Made by a program: the position numbers and the translations under genes
Shown: in pieces, positions 38,636-49,345 of the stretch
Layout of the letters: each line of letters opens with the position of its first letter
Position numbering within the stretch: position 1 is the first letter of the stretch
From: Caldisericia bacterium
GTDB lineage: Bacteria; Caldisericota; Caldisericia; UBA6126
Assembly (NCBI GenBank): GCA_028700655.1
Contig: JAQVSG010000002.1
Location: 57,844 to 121,843 of the forward strand
Reading direction: 5' to 3'
Length of the DNA: 64,000 nucleotides
The notes under the pieces: generated by a model
What the model saw: only the letters and a program-made list of their open reading frames with translations
Database searches by the model: none
What the model was told of the DNA's origin: nothing

Positions 38636-39423
38636 GGATGGGAGGATATTTTCTGGTTCTTTTCTCGAATTTCTCGCTTCTTTTGAATTCTTTGCTTGAC
38701 GGACAAAGAACGTTGAAACAATTGGTGAATCTCTTTTTTCGAAATGGTACGATATTCCCCAGGTTTCAAGGAGTCTATTTTTAAAGTTCCTATTGCAACA
38801 CGCTTCAATGTTAATACGGGGTGACTCATGTACAAAAACATGTTTCGTATTTGATGGTTTTTCCCCTCTTCCAAAACAACTTCATAAATAGACGATTGCC
38901 GGTTTTTGCTTAACATTCTTATATAGGCAGGTTTTGAACGATACCCATCCATAAAAATGCCTTTGCGCAATCTCTCAATCACCTTTAATTCAGGTGTACC
39001 CTTGACTCGAACTATATAGGTTTTAGGTATATGAAGTCTGGGGTGCGAAATTTTATTTGCTAACTCACCATCGTTTGTCATGATAACCAAACCTTCGGAA
39101 TTGTAATCAAGCCTTCCAACAGGAAATAGGGGAAGATGCTTGGGGAAAAAATCCATAACTGTTCTTCTTTTTTCTGGGTCAGAGGTAGTAGTAACAGTTT
39201 TTAGAGGTTTGTAGAATAAAAAGTAATAGGATGTTGTATCTGGTTTAATAACATTTTCTTTGTAAGTGACTACGTCATTTTGAGAATCAATAAGGGTTTC
39301 CGGTTTACAAATAATATGGCCATTCACAAATATGTAGCCATTGCGGATATATTCTTCACAATTCCTTCTAGAGCCTATGTTACAGTTCATTACATAAGCA
39401 TGCAATTTCATGGATGTACTCAT
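38632..39423 (-). CDS. rluB: S4-domain rRNA pseudouridine synthase (RsuA/RluB family)
   Basis: 263 aa. N-terminal S4 domain. Catalytic motif VGRLDYNSEGL with the conserved Asp. Basic C-terminal tail. The 3' end overlaps the protease stop by 4 nt (convergent). Confidence 0.75.
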   Translation of the reverse strand: MSTSMKLHAYVMNCNIGSRRNCEEYIRNGYIFVNGHIICKPETLIDSQNDVVTYKENVIKPDTTSYYFLFYKPLKTVTTTSDPEKRRTVMDFFPKHLPLFPVGRLDYNSEGLVIMTNDGELANKISHPRLHIPKTYIVRVKGTPELKVIERLRKGIFMDGYRSKPAYIRMLSKNRQSSIYEVVLEEGKNHQIRNMFLYMSHPVLTLKRVAIGTLKIDSLKPGEYRTISKKEIHQLFQRSLSVKQRIQKKREIREKNQKISSHP

Positions 39424-39474
39424 ATCGTTGAATCTCCTACTATTGAGGGAGCTGTTGCTCTAAACTAGGTAACG

Positions 39475-40104
39475 TCAATAGGAACGTTTGCTTAAGATAT
39501 CTTTAATTTTCATTAACCTTATTGTAGTAGAGCGTTCATTTTCTTCAAGCTTTGAAGTTATATATTTTATCGTTTCTTCAAGTTCGGGAACTAAAACATA
39601 CTCCAATGCATTCACTCGACGTTTTGTCATTTCCACAATTTTGGCAACTTCATAGATAGAGAATTCTAACTCAGCAAGTTTCAATAGGTCGTCTAAGATA
39701 CTATCAAATTCGCGAAGAACTATATCAAAAGCAGGGTTTAAACCGCACTGATGAAACGCCGGCTTTGAAGGATGTGTGTGGTGAATATGAAATTCTGGAA
39801 GCACAATATTCATAATATTTTTTTGAGACATAGTAAGTTCAAATTCAGCGGGATAGTCCGATACAATATTACGCATTTCTTCATCTGTAACGGTAGTTCG
39901 TAGCACTAAAAATTGTTCCAATATTTGCGGTAGTCGATCTCCCACTTTTTGTTCTTGTTTTTCGAATTCCTTGGCGAGTTCAACAAGTTCTCTGGCAAGA
40001 GCTTCAAGTTTATCTTTTAATAGCTTATGACCTCGTTTCGCTGTTTTATGTCTTTTCCGAATCTCCAACAGCTTCATACGAGTAGGACTTACTCGTTGTG
40101 CCAC
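39475..40104 (-). CDS. atpD: V/A-type ATPase subunit D
   Basis: 209 aa coiled-coil central-stalk protein. Last gene of the V-ATPase operon. Confidence 0.85.
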   Translation of the reverse strand: MAQRVSPTRMKLLEIRKRHKTAKRGHKLLKDKLEALARELVELAKEFEKQEQKVGDRLPQILEQFLVLRTTVTDEEMRNIVSDYPAEFELTMSQKNIMNIVLPEFHIHHTHPSKPAFHQCGLNPAFDIVLREFDSILDDLLKLAELEFSIYEVAKIVEMTKRRVNALEYVLVPELEETIKYITSKLEENERSTTIRLMKIKDILSKRSY

Positions 40105-41483
40105 TATCGACCACCTTTTCTATAATATCTTTCAATAAATTCGTCTCTTACTCTTGTCATCTCGGTCTCGGGTAGTATTTGCAACAATTCCCACCCAAGG
40201 TCTAGCGTTTCTGTAATCGTACGATCTTCACGTCTATTTTGCTTTACATAACGCTGTTCAAATTCGTCTGCAAATCGGATATACAATTGATCAATATCAC
40301 TTAAGGCACTTTCTCCCAGTATTACGGCTAATTCTTGCACTTCTCTTCCGTGCGCATAGGCCGAAAAAAGTTGGTTCATAAGGTTTGGATGATCTTCTCT
40401 TGTTTTATCTTTACCGATCCCTTTGTCTTTGAGTCGAGAGAGTGAAGGCAATACATCAATGGCGGGGTAATATCCTTTTGCATATAAAGATCGAGAAACA
40501 AATATTTGCCCTTCTGTAATATATCCAGTCAAATCAGGGATAGGATGAGTTTTATCGTCATCTGGCATGGAAAGAATAGGCATCATGGTAATGGATCCGC
40601 TCTTGTTTTTAATCCGTCCACATCGTTCGTAAATGGTTGCCAGATCAGTATACATATAGCCTGGGTAGCCTCTTCTTCCAGGGATTTCTTTCCGAGCCGC
40701 AGAAACTTCTCTTAATGCCTCACAATAATTCGTCATGTCTGTCAATATAACCAACACATGATACCCTAAATCAAAGGCAAGATACTCTGCCGTAGTTAAT
40801 GCATATTTGGGAACAGCTAAACGCTCAATAACAGGATCGTTTGCAAGATTGATAAATAGTACCGAACGTTCAATAGCTCCACTTTCTCGCAAGGAGCTAA
40901 CAAATTCATTGGATTCATCGAAAGTAACACCCATTGCACCAAAAACAACAGCAAACTGATCGCTCTTTTTTAATACTTTGGCTTGACGGGCAATTTGAAG
41001 AGCTAGTTCGTTATGAGGAAGTCCTGCTCCTGAAAAAATAGGTAGCTTTTGACCCCTCACTAAGGTATTCAGACCATCAATTCCAGATATACCGGTTTGG
41101 ATGAACTCCGAGGGATAATCTCTAGCATAGGGATTTATAGGATCACCCATTGTAGTTCGAATCTCTTGAGCAATAATCTCTTCTCCGTCATCGATTGGCT
41201 TTCCCAAACCACTAAAAACACGTCCAATAATATCAGGAGAAAGTTTGATTTCGGAGGGTTTTCCACTAAATCGAATACGGGTAGAATGAATGTTCAAATT
41301 TTCAGTTCCTTCAAACATCTGAACAAGTGCTTTGTGCTCTTCTGCTTTTAGTACTTCGCCATGACGAACCGAACCATCTGGAAGGAAAATTTCAACCAGT
41401 TCTCCGTAGCTGCAACCATCTAAACCATCTACAATAATAATTGGTCCGGCAACATCAGATAGGGTTTTGTACTCTTTAATCAT
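40104..41483 (-). CDS. atpB: V/A-type ATPase subunit B (non-catalytic)
   Basis: 459 aa of the F1/V1 alpha/beta family, without a canonical P-loop lysine context (…[11 protein letters not shown]…). Confidence 0.95.
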   Translation of the reverse strand: MIKEYKTLSDVAGPIIIVDGLDGCSYGELVEIFLPDGSVRHGEVLKAEEHKALVQMFEGTENLNIHSTRIRFSGKPSEIKLSPDIIGRVFSGLGKPIDDGEEIIAQEIRTTMGDPINPYARDYPSEFIQTGISGIDGLNTLVRGQKLPIFSGAGLPHNELALQIARQAKVLKKSDQFAVVFGAMGVTFDESNEFVSSLRESGAIERSVLFINLANDPVIERLAVPKYALTTAEYLAFDLGYHVLVILTDMTNYCEALREVSAARKEIPGRRGYPGYMYTDLATIYERCGRIKNKSGSITMMPILSMPDDDKTHPIPDLTGYITEGQIFVSRSLYAKGYYPAIDVLPSLSRLKDKGIGKDKTREDHPNLMNQLFSAYAHGREVQELAVILGESALSDIDQLYIRFADEFEQRYVKQNRREDRTITETLDLGWELLQILPETEMTRVRDEFIERYYRKGGR

Positions 41484-43257
41484 TGGATTCCTCCAGCGTA
41501 GAAGTAAGTTTGTCTAAGGCTTCTTTAATGTGGGTAGTAAGATTACACTTTTCAATATTCTCTTCGGGTTGATATTTCACACGAGCAATCGAAGCACGGA
41601 CAGGTAAATCCATGATATCACTGACTTTTAAAGTTTTATGAGCTCGTATTCTTAAAAGGGATTCGGTATACAAAGAAAGAATGTTTTGAATCATATAAAA
41701 CTGTTTTCTTCCACTGGTAAAAGTATCTATATCATCAAATGCGTTTTGATGAAGAAAATCTTCTCGGATTGATTTGGATATTTCCATAACAAGCTTTTCG
41801 GATTCAGAAAGAGCGTCCGTCCCAACAAGTCGAACGATTTCATTGAGTTCGTTCTCTTTTTGAAGCAAACTCATAGCTTGTATACGGTATGTAGGCCAAA
41901 GAGTATCAATAGTATCTTTAAAATAGGCATCTGTAAGATTTGAGTAGAGAGAGTAGCTATTTAACCAATTGATAGCAGGAAAATGTCTGGCGTATGCCAA
42001 AGAGGCTTCCAAAGACCAAAACACTTTTACAACACGTAGTGTTGCTTGAACAACAGGTTCTGATAAATCACCCCCGGGGGGAGAAACGGCACCAATAACA
42101 GAAAGGCTCCCTTCACTTCCTCCTAAAGTTTGAACTTTACCCGAACGTTCATAGAATCCAGCAACCCGTGAGGACAGATAAGCTGGGTATCCTTCTTCAC
42201 CAGGCATTTCTTCCAAACGTCCCGAAATTTCTCTCATGGCTTCTGCCCAACGAGAAGTGGAATCGGCCATAATGGCGACATTATAACCCATATCACGGAA
42301 ATACTCTGCAATTGTAATTCCGCTATACACGGAGGCTTCTCTTGCGGCAACAGGCATATTGGAGGTATTGGCAATAAGAATTGTCCTCTCCATTAAAGAT
42401 CTGCCAGTTTTTGGATCCTTTAAATGAGGAAATTCCATGAGTACATCTGTCATCTCATTTCCCCGCTCTCCACAACCCACGTAAACAATCATATCAGCCG
42501 ATGCCCATTTCGCCAATTGATGTTGTATAACAGTTTTTCCAGAACCAAAAGGACCAGGAACACAAGCGGTCCCACCTTCAGCTACAGGGAAAAACATATC
42601 AATTACTCGTTGACCCGTAATTAAGGGTTGTGTGGGAACAATTCTCTTCGCAAACGGACGTTTGGTTCTAACAGGCCATATTTGTAGCATAGTAACGGGC
42701 TGTGAAATACCTTTTTCGGTTACCGTTGCAACAGGCTCTTTTACAGTAAAAGACCCCTCTTGAATAGACTCAATTGTACCAGATCGACCTGGGGGCATCA
42801 TAATATAGTGCTTAATTGTGGGGGTTTCTTCGACCCATCCGATTTTTTCCCCTTCTTTCACGATATCCCCATCTTTCACGAGAGGATGAAAGTCCCATTT
42901 TTTAGAATAATCAAGGGGATCTACATCAATACCTCTAGCAATGTAATCTCCATGAGACTTATATATAGTGTCCAATGGTCGTTGTACACCATCGTATATG
43001 GCTCCAATAATGCCAGGACCCAATGTAACAGAAAGTGGAACGCCTGAAGAGGTAACAGTCTCACCAGGACGAAGTCCTGTTGTCTCTTCGTAACACTGTA
43101 TATACACAAGATTCTTGTGAAGCTCAATGATTTCTCCAAAGAGTTTTTCGTTCCCAATTCGGACAACCTCCATCATGTGAGCTTGAGGTAAATCCTCAGC
43201 CACAATTAAAGGGCCAGATATACTGACAATTCGTCCTTGTTGTTTTTCATTACTCAT
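41476..43257 (-). CDS. atpA: V/A-type ATPase subunit A (catalytic)
   Basis: P-loop GPFGSGKT, and the 'bulge' insert typical of V/A-type A subunits. Start at ATG 43257 (GGAGA RBS); the ORF-track start at 43293 is also possible. Confidence 0.95.
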   Translation of the reverse strand: MSNEKQQGRIVSISGPLIVAEDLPQAHMMEVVRIGNEKLFGEIIELHKNLVYIQCYEETTGLRPGETVTSSGVPLSVTLGPGIIGAIYDGVQRPLDTIYKSHGDYIARGIDVDPLDYSKKWDFHPLVKDGDIVKEGEKIGWVEETPTIKHYIMMPPGRSGTIESIQEGSFTVKEPVATVTEKGISQPVTMLQIWPVRTKRPFAKRIVPTQPLITGQRVIDMFFPVAEGGTACVPGPFGSGKTVIQHQLAKWASADMIVYVGCGERGNEMTDVLMEFPHLKDPKTGRSLMERTILIANTSNMPVAAREASVYSGITIAEYFRDMGYNVAIMADSTSRWAEAMREISGRLEEMPGEEGYPAYLSSRVAGFYERSGKVQTLGGSEGSLSVIGAVSPPGGDLSEPVVQATLRVVKVFWSLEASLAYARHFPAINWLNSYSLYSNLTDAYFKDTIDTLWPTYRIQAMSLLQKENELNEIVRLVGTDALSESEKLVMEISKSIREDFLHQNAFDDIDTFTSGRKQFYMIQNILSLYTESLLRIRAHKTLKVSDIMDLPVRASIARVKYQPEENIEKCNLTTHIKEALDKLTSTLEESND

Positions 43258-43597
43258 AGGATTCTCCTTCAGTTTTAACAATATCAATACCAACAGCTCT
43301 TCGGATCATATTGGATAGTTTTTGAATGGCGGCTGCTCTAGATCCAGTATTCGTAGGGATCGATATGACAATCACGTGATTTTCTTGAATCAACAATTCG
43401 TTTTCCGGTGATATTTGTTGAATAAAAGTCTCAGTCACAATGAAAAAACGGTATTTCTTTGCATGAATTTCATTTCGTAATTCTTGGTTAAACTCTTTTT
43501 TGCTATGTACAGAGATGGTGTGAAAAGAAAAAGCTGAAAAAATACGGATAATATCTCTTTCTCCTATAACACAGCCTTTTATTTTATCCGATGGCAT
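43250..43597 (-). CDS. atpF: V/A-type ATPase subunit F
   Basis: 115 aa. Family motif IKGCVIGERDIIRIFSAFSF (cf. IAVIGDxDTVxGFRLAG). Confidence 0.7.
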   Translation of the reverse strand: MPSDKIKGCVIGERDIIRIFSAFSFHTISVHSKKEFNQELRNEIHAKKYRFFIVTETFIQQISPENELLIQENHVIVISIPTNTGSRAAAIQKLSNMIRRAVGIDIVKTEGESYE

Positions 43598-44489
43598 GAA
43601 GAATTATCTCCTTTAAATTTGTACATGGGAGCTGAAATCGTGTACAAATATACAGTTTTTTTATCATTTCAATCTCCAAAATAAAGTGTCCAAAATAGGA
43701 TATAACATAGTCCGGACCGGTGTTATCATAAGAAGGTTCTTGAATCAGTTTCCAAATCAACTGCCACCAATATGTTTCAAATCGAAACATAAATGTAAAG
43801 TCATATTCTTTCACAGGACGTTCTTTTTCAATGTATGGTATCCACATAGTAGGAATCAATTGAATATCAACATATCCAAAGTGGCTTTGAAACAATCGGT
43901 TCATAGATACATCATCGGCATTACCGCCATCATAAAAGATAGGGGATGAAAAACTGGGTTCTATCATTCTTCGAATAGACTCAAAAATATTGAATCGATC
44001 AACAATGTAAGCAGCCAATTTAGCGGTATACTCAGTTCCATTTTTTGCAAGAGAAACAAAGCTCATGAGTCGCTTTTGAAAGTTCTCATTTTCTAGAAAA
44101 GGGAAAATCTCCTCTTGGGAGAAAATTACAGAATGGAGTCTTTCGAGAAAAACAAAAATATATTTTTCAGGTAAAACAGACTCTATTGTCTCCATTTCAG
44201 AAAAATAGAAACTCCACAATGCATTCTCAAAATCCTTAGGATCTAACGTAAAGGGAATTTTGGAGTATCGACTATGGGAAAGAGTAGTAAAAATCTCTTC
44301 CAATGTAACATTTCTGTATAGTGAATGTACAATCTCTGAAGAAAGAAAATGCTCTTCTCTCGATTTTAAAAACGCTACAAGATACCCATAATCGTAATCC
44401 GCTACATGTTGTTTAAGCGCAATTGCGTCAGTCATGAAACAAAACATCCCCAATTTCTTTTTGGTGTGAATCAATGTATTTTGTAACAT
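43584..44489 (-). CDS. atpC: V/A-type ATPase subunit C (d-type)
   Basis: ~285-300 aa helical protein between E and F in the conserved operon order. Start ambiguous (44489, 44447 or 44435). Confidence 0.7.
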   Translation of the reverse strand: MLQNTLIHTKKKLGMFCFMTDAIALKQHVADYDYGYLVAFLKSREEHFLSSEIVHSLYRNVTLEEIFTTLSHSRYSKIPFTLDPKDFENALWSFYFSEMETIESVLPEKYIFVFLERLHSVIFSQEEIFPFLENENFQKRLMSFVSLAKNGTEYTAKLAAYIVDRFNIFESIRRMIEPSFSSPIFYDGGNADDVSMNRLFQSHFGYVDIQLIPTMWIPYIEKERPVKEYDFTFMFRFETYWWQLIWKLIQEPSYDNTGPDYVISYFGHFILEIEMIKKLYICTRFQLPCTNLKEIILHAIG

Positions 44490-45003
44490 CTTCTTCCAAA
44501 AGAAATATACACGTCACTTTCCCAGAAACAAAGGCAATTCCAGGTTTCAAAGAAGGGTCTACTCCTCGAAAACGATACTCCGATTCTGCAAGTCCTAAGT
44601 TTGTAAAGGTTTTTTGATGAATCGCTTCTTCCAGTTCTTTGCTACAATAAATGTCTGCAGAAGACGGAAAAGAAGGTGCAATTTTTCGTAAAAAAACAGA
44701 TGCATTTGCTTTGACAGAACGAATGTATGCATTCAATAATTGGCTTTTTAAGTCTTGGAATACATCATGGCGGGTATGCAATATGTGCTTCTTAAAGGAA
44801 GAATCTTCATGAAATTGGACTTGATTAACAGAGGTATGGTAGGAGTTTTCAATATCTTTTAGTTTGCGTTCTCTTTCTTTGGATAAAGAATTCATGAATT
44901 GATGCAATTGTTCTTCAATGTCTTTCTTGGTAGCATCAATACGTTCTTGCGCTTCTTTGCTAGCTTGGTTAGTAACAACTTCTTTGAGTTTTTGAATATT
45001 CAT
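44428..45003 (-). CDS. atpE: V/A-type ATPase subunit E (peripheral stalk)
   Basis: 191 aa. N-terminal K/E-rich helix (KEAQERIDATKKDIEEQ) and a globular C-terminus. Confidence 0.75.
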   Translation of the reverse strand: MNIQKLKEVVTNQASKEAQERIDATKKDIEEQLHQFMNSLSKERERKLKDIENSYHTSVNQVQFHEDSSFKKHILHTRHDVFQDLKSQLLNAYIRSVKANASVFLRKIAPSFPSSADIYCSKELEEAIHQKTFTNLGLAESEYRFRGVDPSLKPGIAFVSGKVTCIFLLEEDVTKYIDSHQKEIGDVLFHD

Positions 45004-45004
45004 C

Positions 45005-45517
45005 TTAAAATATGGAAGACCCTTGAATGAAGGTTAGAAGTAAAAAACCTCCGACAAAAGCTAAAAGCGCATATGTTTCAACAAGAGCAGGAAATAATAA
45101 AGCACTCCCTGATTTGCTGGGTTGTTTTACGGTTAAATTTATGGCAGCAGCCGCACTTTTTCCCTGATAAACAGCAGAAAAATACAATACTACACCGATG
45201 AAAATGAAAGCAAAGCACAAAGCAATACCAGCAGGAACAGATAGGGTTTTACCGGCACTTAAACCCATTTGTTGCATTCCTAAAAAACATAAAACGAATC
45301 CATACAGACCCTGTGTTGCAGGAAGAGCCATTAACACAAACAATCGGCCAAAGAGCTCTGGTTTTTCTGATAAAGCTCCTGCGGCTTGGTTTCCAGATAT
45401 ATATAAAGCTTTAGCTGAACCCATCCCACCTAACATCAAGCAAACAAATAAACCCACAATGTTCCAACCTTGGCCAGAACTAAAAAAATACGTTTCTAAT
45501 AGTTGTGCAAACGTCAT
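45005..45517 (-). CDS. atpK: V/A-type ATPase proteolipid subunit K (duplicated 4-TM c-type)
   Basis: 170 aa with two hairpins. Ion-binding carboxylate in the last helix (PALVETYALLAF); the equivalent position in the first hairpin is Q. Confidence 0.8.
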   Translation of the reverse strand: MTFAQLLETYFFSSGQGWNIVGLFVCLMLGGMGSAKALYISGNQAAGALSEKPELFGRLFVLMALPATQGLYGFVLCFLGMQQMGLSAGKTLSVPAGIALCFAFIFIGVVLYFSAVYQGKSAAAAINLTVKQPSKSGSALLFPALVETYALLAFVGGFLLLTFIQGSSIF

Positions 45518-47535
45518 CGTTTTGCCTCCTTAACAACAAATACATTTGAAAATTTCTGGGAGTAACTATGATATTCCACTCCACCATCTTCATAAAACCG
45601 ACCAAACATTTCATAGAATAATAAACGAACTGGATGGACAAAAGAGCCAATAATATTAAGAAGAAAATTGAAAACATTCAAGAAGAGTATCATGAAAATC
45701 ATGATGAATACACCCACATAAGGAATGCTCTTAAACATACTAGCAATAAGATTGAACGACATAGCCATCGAAGAAGTGGCAATCATCAAAGCAGCCAAAC
45801 GTAAATAGGACAAAACATCCCCTAGGAGCGTAGCCACACCATAGGAACTTTGAATCCCGTACATATTTAAGAAACCCTTTATGATCCCTTTAAAAATGTT
45901 ATTTCTGCTCTGGATCATGCCTCCTGCAAATATCATTAGTAGAGAAAGAAGACACAGCCATTGAGAATATTGAACAAGAGGAACGGGGTAATACCCAGGA
46001 GATAGGAACTGGCCAGCAACAATCACAGCAGAAGGAATGAAAAGAATCCAAGAAAGATTATTAAAAAAAGCCTCTGCATATTGTTTTTCTTTCCATCGTT
46101 GTAAAAAAGACATCAGAATTGCGGTACATTGTAAAAAAGCACCGATATAGATAACGCCCACCATTAGTGCAATAAAGCTTTCAGAAGGATTCATAACCCC
46201 CACAAAACTCTTTAGGTTCACAAAGAAGGAATTGGCTGGTAAATAGGATATCGTAAACAAATCACCGGCCCAAGATTCAGTGAATGCACCGAATAAAAAG
46301 GCGAAAAAGCCAGCCCAAAAGAACATTTGAAAGAAAGATACCGTCCCTTTATCGTACCAATACTTTTTCATCGAATAAGCACACAAAAGCATCATAGATA
46401 AGCCATAAAGACCATCTGCAAATGCAACCCCAAAGAGAACAATGAATACAATTCCTACCAACGCAGTGGGATCAATGAGTCCAAAACGAGGAAGTCCATA
46501 CATACGAACAAGAAACTCAAATGGTTGAATAAATCGATGGTTCTTGAGTTTCACGGGAGGGTTTGTAGGTTCATTTACAATGTCTATGTATATAGTTGGA
46601 AACTCTTCTTCGAGAGATTGAACAAGAACGTTACTTTGATCGCTGGGAATGTAACCTTCAATATAAGCAACATTGTTCGTTTGAGCAAATTTCTTCATGC
46701 CTTCAGCGCGGATCGCTTTGTTAATAGAAACATCTTTCCATAAAAGCATGTGGGGTAATTGCTTTCGATACTCTTCTAAAATATCTTCCCACTTTTGTAT
46801 GTCCTCTGTAAGTTGATAAATCCTTTGCTGTAGAGTGTCCAATTCTTGATTTGGCGAATGGACGAAAGAATGAAAAGGATACTCTTTAAATCCTGCCCGA
46901 TGTAGGTACACTCGAATTTTTTCTTGAAGACTAGTGGGATATATAACAATGAAACCGTGCAAAACTTCTTTTTTTTGATGGAGAGTTCTTACAGGAACGA
47001 TGACAGCGTGGGTACGCAAAAACTCAAATTGTTCTAAATCCTCTAGTTTTCTTCCTTCTGCCTGTAAAAATACAACCTTTGTACGATGGTATTCCTTACA
47101 GTCTGAAAAAGAAAAGGAAAAGGATGAGAAAGGAAGCAATTGAGAATGTAATTGTTTCATTTTGACAAGATCGTCTTTTGCTTTTTTCAAATGATTCCAA
47201 AGAGAAACTACCTCACTATATGTCTCTTGAAACACTTGTTTTTCTCGTACTTTTTGTATTTCCTTTTGAGAAAAAATCGGTTTTTTCGGTATAAAATTCT
47301 CAACAAAAGTTTTTTTATCAGGATGAAAAGCTTCAAAAATGGAAAGAACTTCCGACGCTTTTCGTATATCCTCTTCAAGCCAAGAAATCTCATCCGGAGT
47401 TGGAAGGACAGGTTTGCTTAAGGAGGAAACGTTACGCAAATGAAGAAACCCTTTTTCGTACAAAGTGTTTCTAAAAAAATTCACTTCGTTTTTGGGAACA
47501 ACAAATCGAAGCAAGTGAAATTTTTCAATCGCCAT
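45514..47535 (-). CDS. atpI: V/A-type ATPase subunit I (a-type stator)
   Basis: 673 aa. N-terminal soluble coiled-coil half and a C-terminal 7-8 TM half with a conserved Arg-containing helix (…LSYLRLAALMIATS…). Confidence 0.85.
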   Translation of the reverse strand: MAIEKFHLLRFVVPKNEVNFFRNTLYEKGFLHLRNVSSLSKPVLPTPDEISWLEEDIRKASEVLSIFEAFHPDKKTFVENFIPKKPIFSQKEIQKVREKQVFQETYSEVVSLWNHLKKAKDDLVKMKQLHSQLLPFSSFSFSFSDCKEYHRTKVVFLQAEGRKLEDLEQFEFLRTHAVIVPVRTLHQKKEVLHGFIVIYPTSLQEKIRVYLHRAGFKEYPFHSFVHSPNQELDTLQQRIYQLTEDIQKWEDILEEYRKQLPHMLLWKDVSINKAIRAEGMKKFAQTNNVAYIEGYIPSDQSNVLVQSLEEEFPTIYIDIVNEPTNPPVKLKNHRFIQPFEFLVRMYGLPRFGLIDPTALVGIVFIVLFGVAFADGLYGLSMMLLCAYSMKKYWYDKGTVSFFQMFFWAGFFAFLFGAFTESWAGDLFTISYLPANSFFVNLKSFVGVMNPSESFIALMVGVIYIGAFLQCTAILMSFLQRWKEKQYAEAFFNNLSWILFIPSAVIVAGQFLSPGYYPVPLVQYSQWLCLLSLLMIFAGGMIQSRNNIFKGIIKGFLNMYGIQSSYGVATLLGDVLSYLRLAALMIATSSMAMSFNLIASMFKSIPYVGVFIMIFMILFLNVFNFLLNIIGSFVHPVRLLFYEMFGRFYEDGGVEYHSYSQKFSNVFVVKEAKR

Positions 47536-47538
47536 ATG

Positions 47539-47850
47539 CTAGTACCCTACACTCTGTAAAAAATCTTTAATACGAGTGGGAAGTTGATTTTCATATTCAT
47601 GGAGTGCTTTTTGTTGAATCTTTTTAAAAGATTCCTCGGATGTATTCTGCAATTGTACTTTAAGTTGTTCAATCTTCAATTGATTTTGTTTTTGAATAGT
47701 ATCCAATTCTCTTTCTGCTTTCTCCTGAATGAGTTTCTTTTCATTTTCAAATTTGCTCTGTAGATTCTCACATTCCTGTTTCGCTGTAGATATCAGATCA
47801 AAAGATTCTTGTTCATATTTTTTTATTGTCTCAAATAAATCGGTACTCAA
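47539..47850 (-). CDS. V/A-type ATPase small coiled-coil subunit (G/H-type)
   Basis: 103 aa, entirely helical and E/K/Q-rich. First gene of the operon, as in atpG-I-K-E-C-F-A-B-D arrangements. Confidence 0.5.
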   Translation of the reverse strand: MSTDLFETIKKYEQESFDLISTAKQECENLQSKFENEKKLIQEKAERELDTIQKQNQLKIEQLKVQLQNTSEESFKKIQQKALHEYENQLPTRIKDFLQSVGY

Positions 47851-47893
47851 TATTTGTTACCCTTTCTGTAAAAAATACTACCTGATTATAGTT

Positions 47894-49345
47894 TTAAGAG
47901 GTAATAACTTCCACCATTTCATTTTCGTCAATTCCTTGTACAACAGCTCCGTCCATTTTCATTTGAGTTAGCATTTCAATAGCGTTTTGGGTAATAATCT
48001 CACCAGGACAAACGTAAGGAATGCCAGGAGGATAGGGAGCAATAATCCGTTTTGATATTTGTCCATCTGCATTCTTGAAGGGAATTTGATCATAGTTTTC
48101 GCTAAATGCTTCGGCCGGAGTATATACTTGAAAAGGTATTTGTGGAATGCGGATAAACTCTTTCAAGTTTGTTTTGCCTTTGTTTTCTGACAACCACCTT
48201 GTCGCTTTCACAAAATGATCCACGTCTTCCTTGGTACTACCACCAGTAATGAAACACAGAATATTATTTAAAGCGGCCAATTCGATTTCAATATTAAACT
48301 GTTGATTTAAGAGATGTTCAACTTCAAAACCTGAATATTTCATTGAGTTTGTCAATACACTTAATTTCGTTGAATCCCACTCTACAATTCCATATTTCCC
48401 AATTACAGATTCATCAATGAGTTGCATTTCAGGAATTTTCATCAATTCTTCTCTTGCATAAGAAGCTGTATCCATAGCTTTTGTCCAGAGATCCATACCA
48501 TATTGAGACATCATTTTTCTACTCGCCTCTATGGACATCATTAATAGATAATTGGGAGAAGAGGACTGGAGCATGGAAAGTACGGCAGTTAGTCGATCAT
48601 AATCTATACGGTTCCCGTTTACGTGTAACAATGCCGTTTGAGTAAGGGCAGGTAATGACTTATGCGTAGACTGAGTGATCATATCAGCACCACGGTCTAT
48701 GGAGGATGTTGGTAAATCGGGGTGAAAAGGAAAATGTGCACCATGTGCTTCATCAACAAGAACGATAATGTCGTTTTCATGTGCAATTCGAATAAGCTCC
48801 ATCATGTTTTGAGCCATTCCGTAATAATTGGGAGATGTCAAAAGAACAGCTTTGGCATCCGGGTTTTCGTCAATTGTTTTCTGTAAGGTTTCAGGTAGTA
48901 CTCCTGCTAAAATCTGATATTCAGGAATCATCTCAGGTTGTATCCATACAGGAATGATGTTTCCTAGGGTTATTCCCGCAATGGCACATCGGTGGGAATT
49001 TCTTTGAATAATTAGTTTTTCTCCTGGCTTTACACTGGACATAATCATTGACATGACTCCGACCGTACTTCCATTGACAAGATAAAAAACTTGTTCAGAA
49101 CCAAAAGCAGCAGCAGTTAACTCTTGAGATACCTTTAAAACACCCTCTGCTTTGTGTAAGTAATCAACACCCTCAACTTCTGTTAAATCGTATCTAAATA
49201 CATTTTTCCCAAGAAGAGCTTCGATTTGTTCGGGTATCAGGCGTGATCGTGCATGCCCAGGCATATGAAAAGCGGTTCTATTTTTATCTACGTAAGCCTT
49301 AACAGCATCAATAAAAGGTGTATCCAAATGAGAATATTTTGTCAT
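47894..49345 (-). CDS. Orn/Lys/Arg decarboxylase family PLP enzyme (SpeA-like)
   Basis: 483 aa. Major-domain motif with the PLP lysine in STHKSLPALTQ. Overlaps gatB by 4 nt. Confidence 0.8.
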   Translation of the reverse strand: MTKYSHLDTPFIDAVKAYVDKNRTAFHMPGHARSRLIPEQIEALLGKNVFRYDLTEVEGVDYLHKAEGVLKVSQELTAAAFGSEQVFYLVNGSTVGVMSMIMSSVKPGEKLIIQRNSHRCAIAGITLGNIIPVWIQPEMIPEYQILAGVLPETLQKTIDENPDAKAVLLTSPNYYGMAQNMMELIRIAHENDIIVLVDEAHGAHFPFHPDLPTSSIDRGADMITQSTHKSLPALTQTALLHVNGNRIDYDRLTAVLSMLQSSSPNYLLMMSIEASRKMMSQYGMDLWTKAMDTASYAREELMKIPEMQLIDESVIGKYGIVEWDSTKLSVLTNSMKYSGFEVEHLLNQQFNIEIELAALNNILCFITGGSTKEDVDHFVKATRWLSENKGKTNLKEFIRIPQIPFQVYTPAEAFSENYDQIPFKNADGQISKRIIAPYPPGIPYVCPGEIITQNAIEMLTQMKMDGAVVQGIDENEMVEVITS

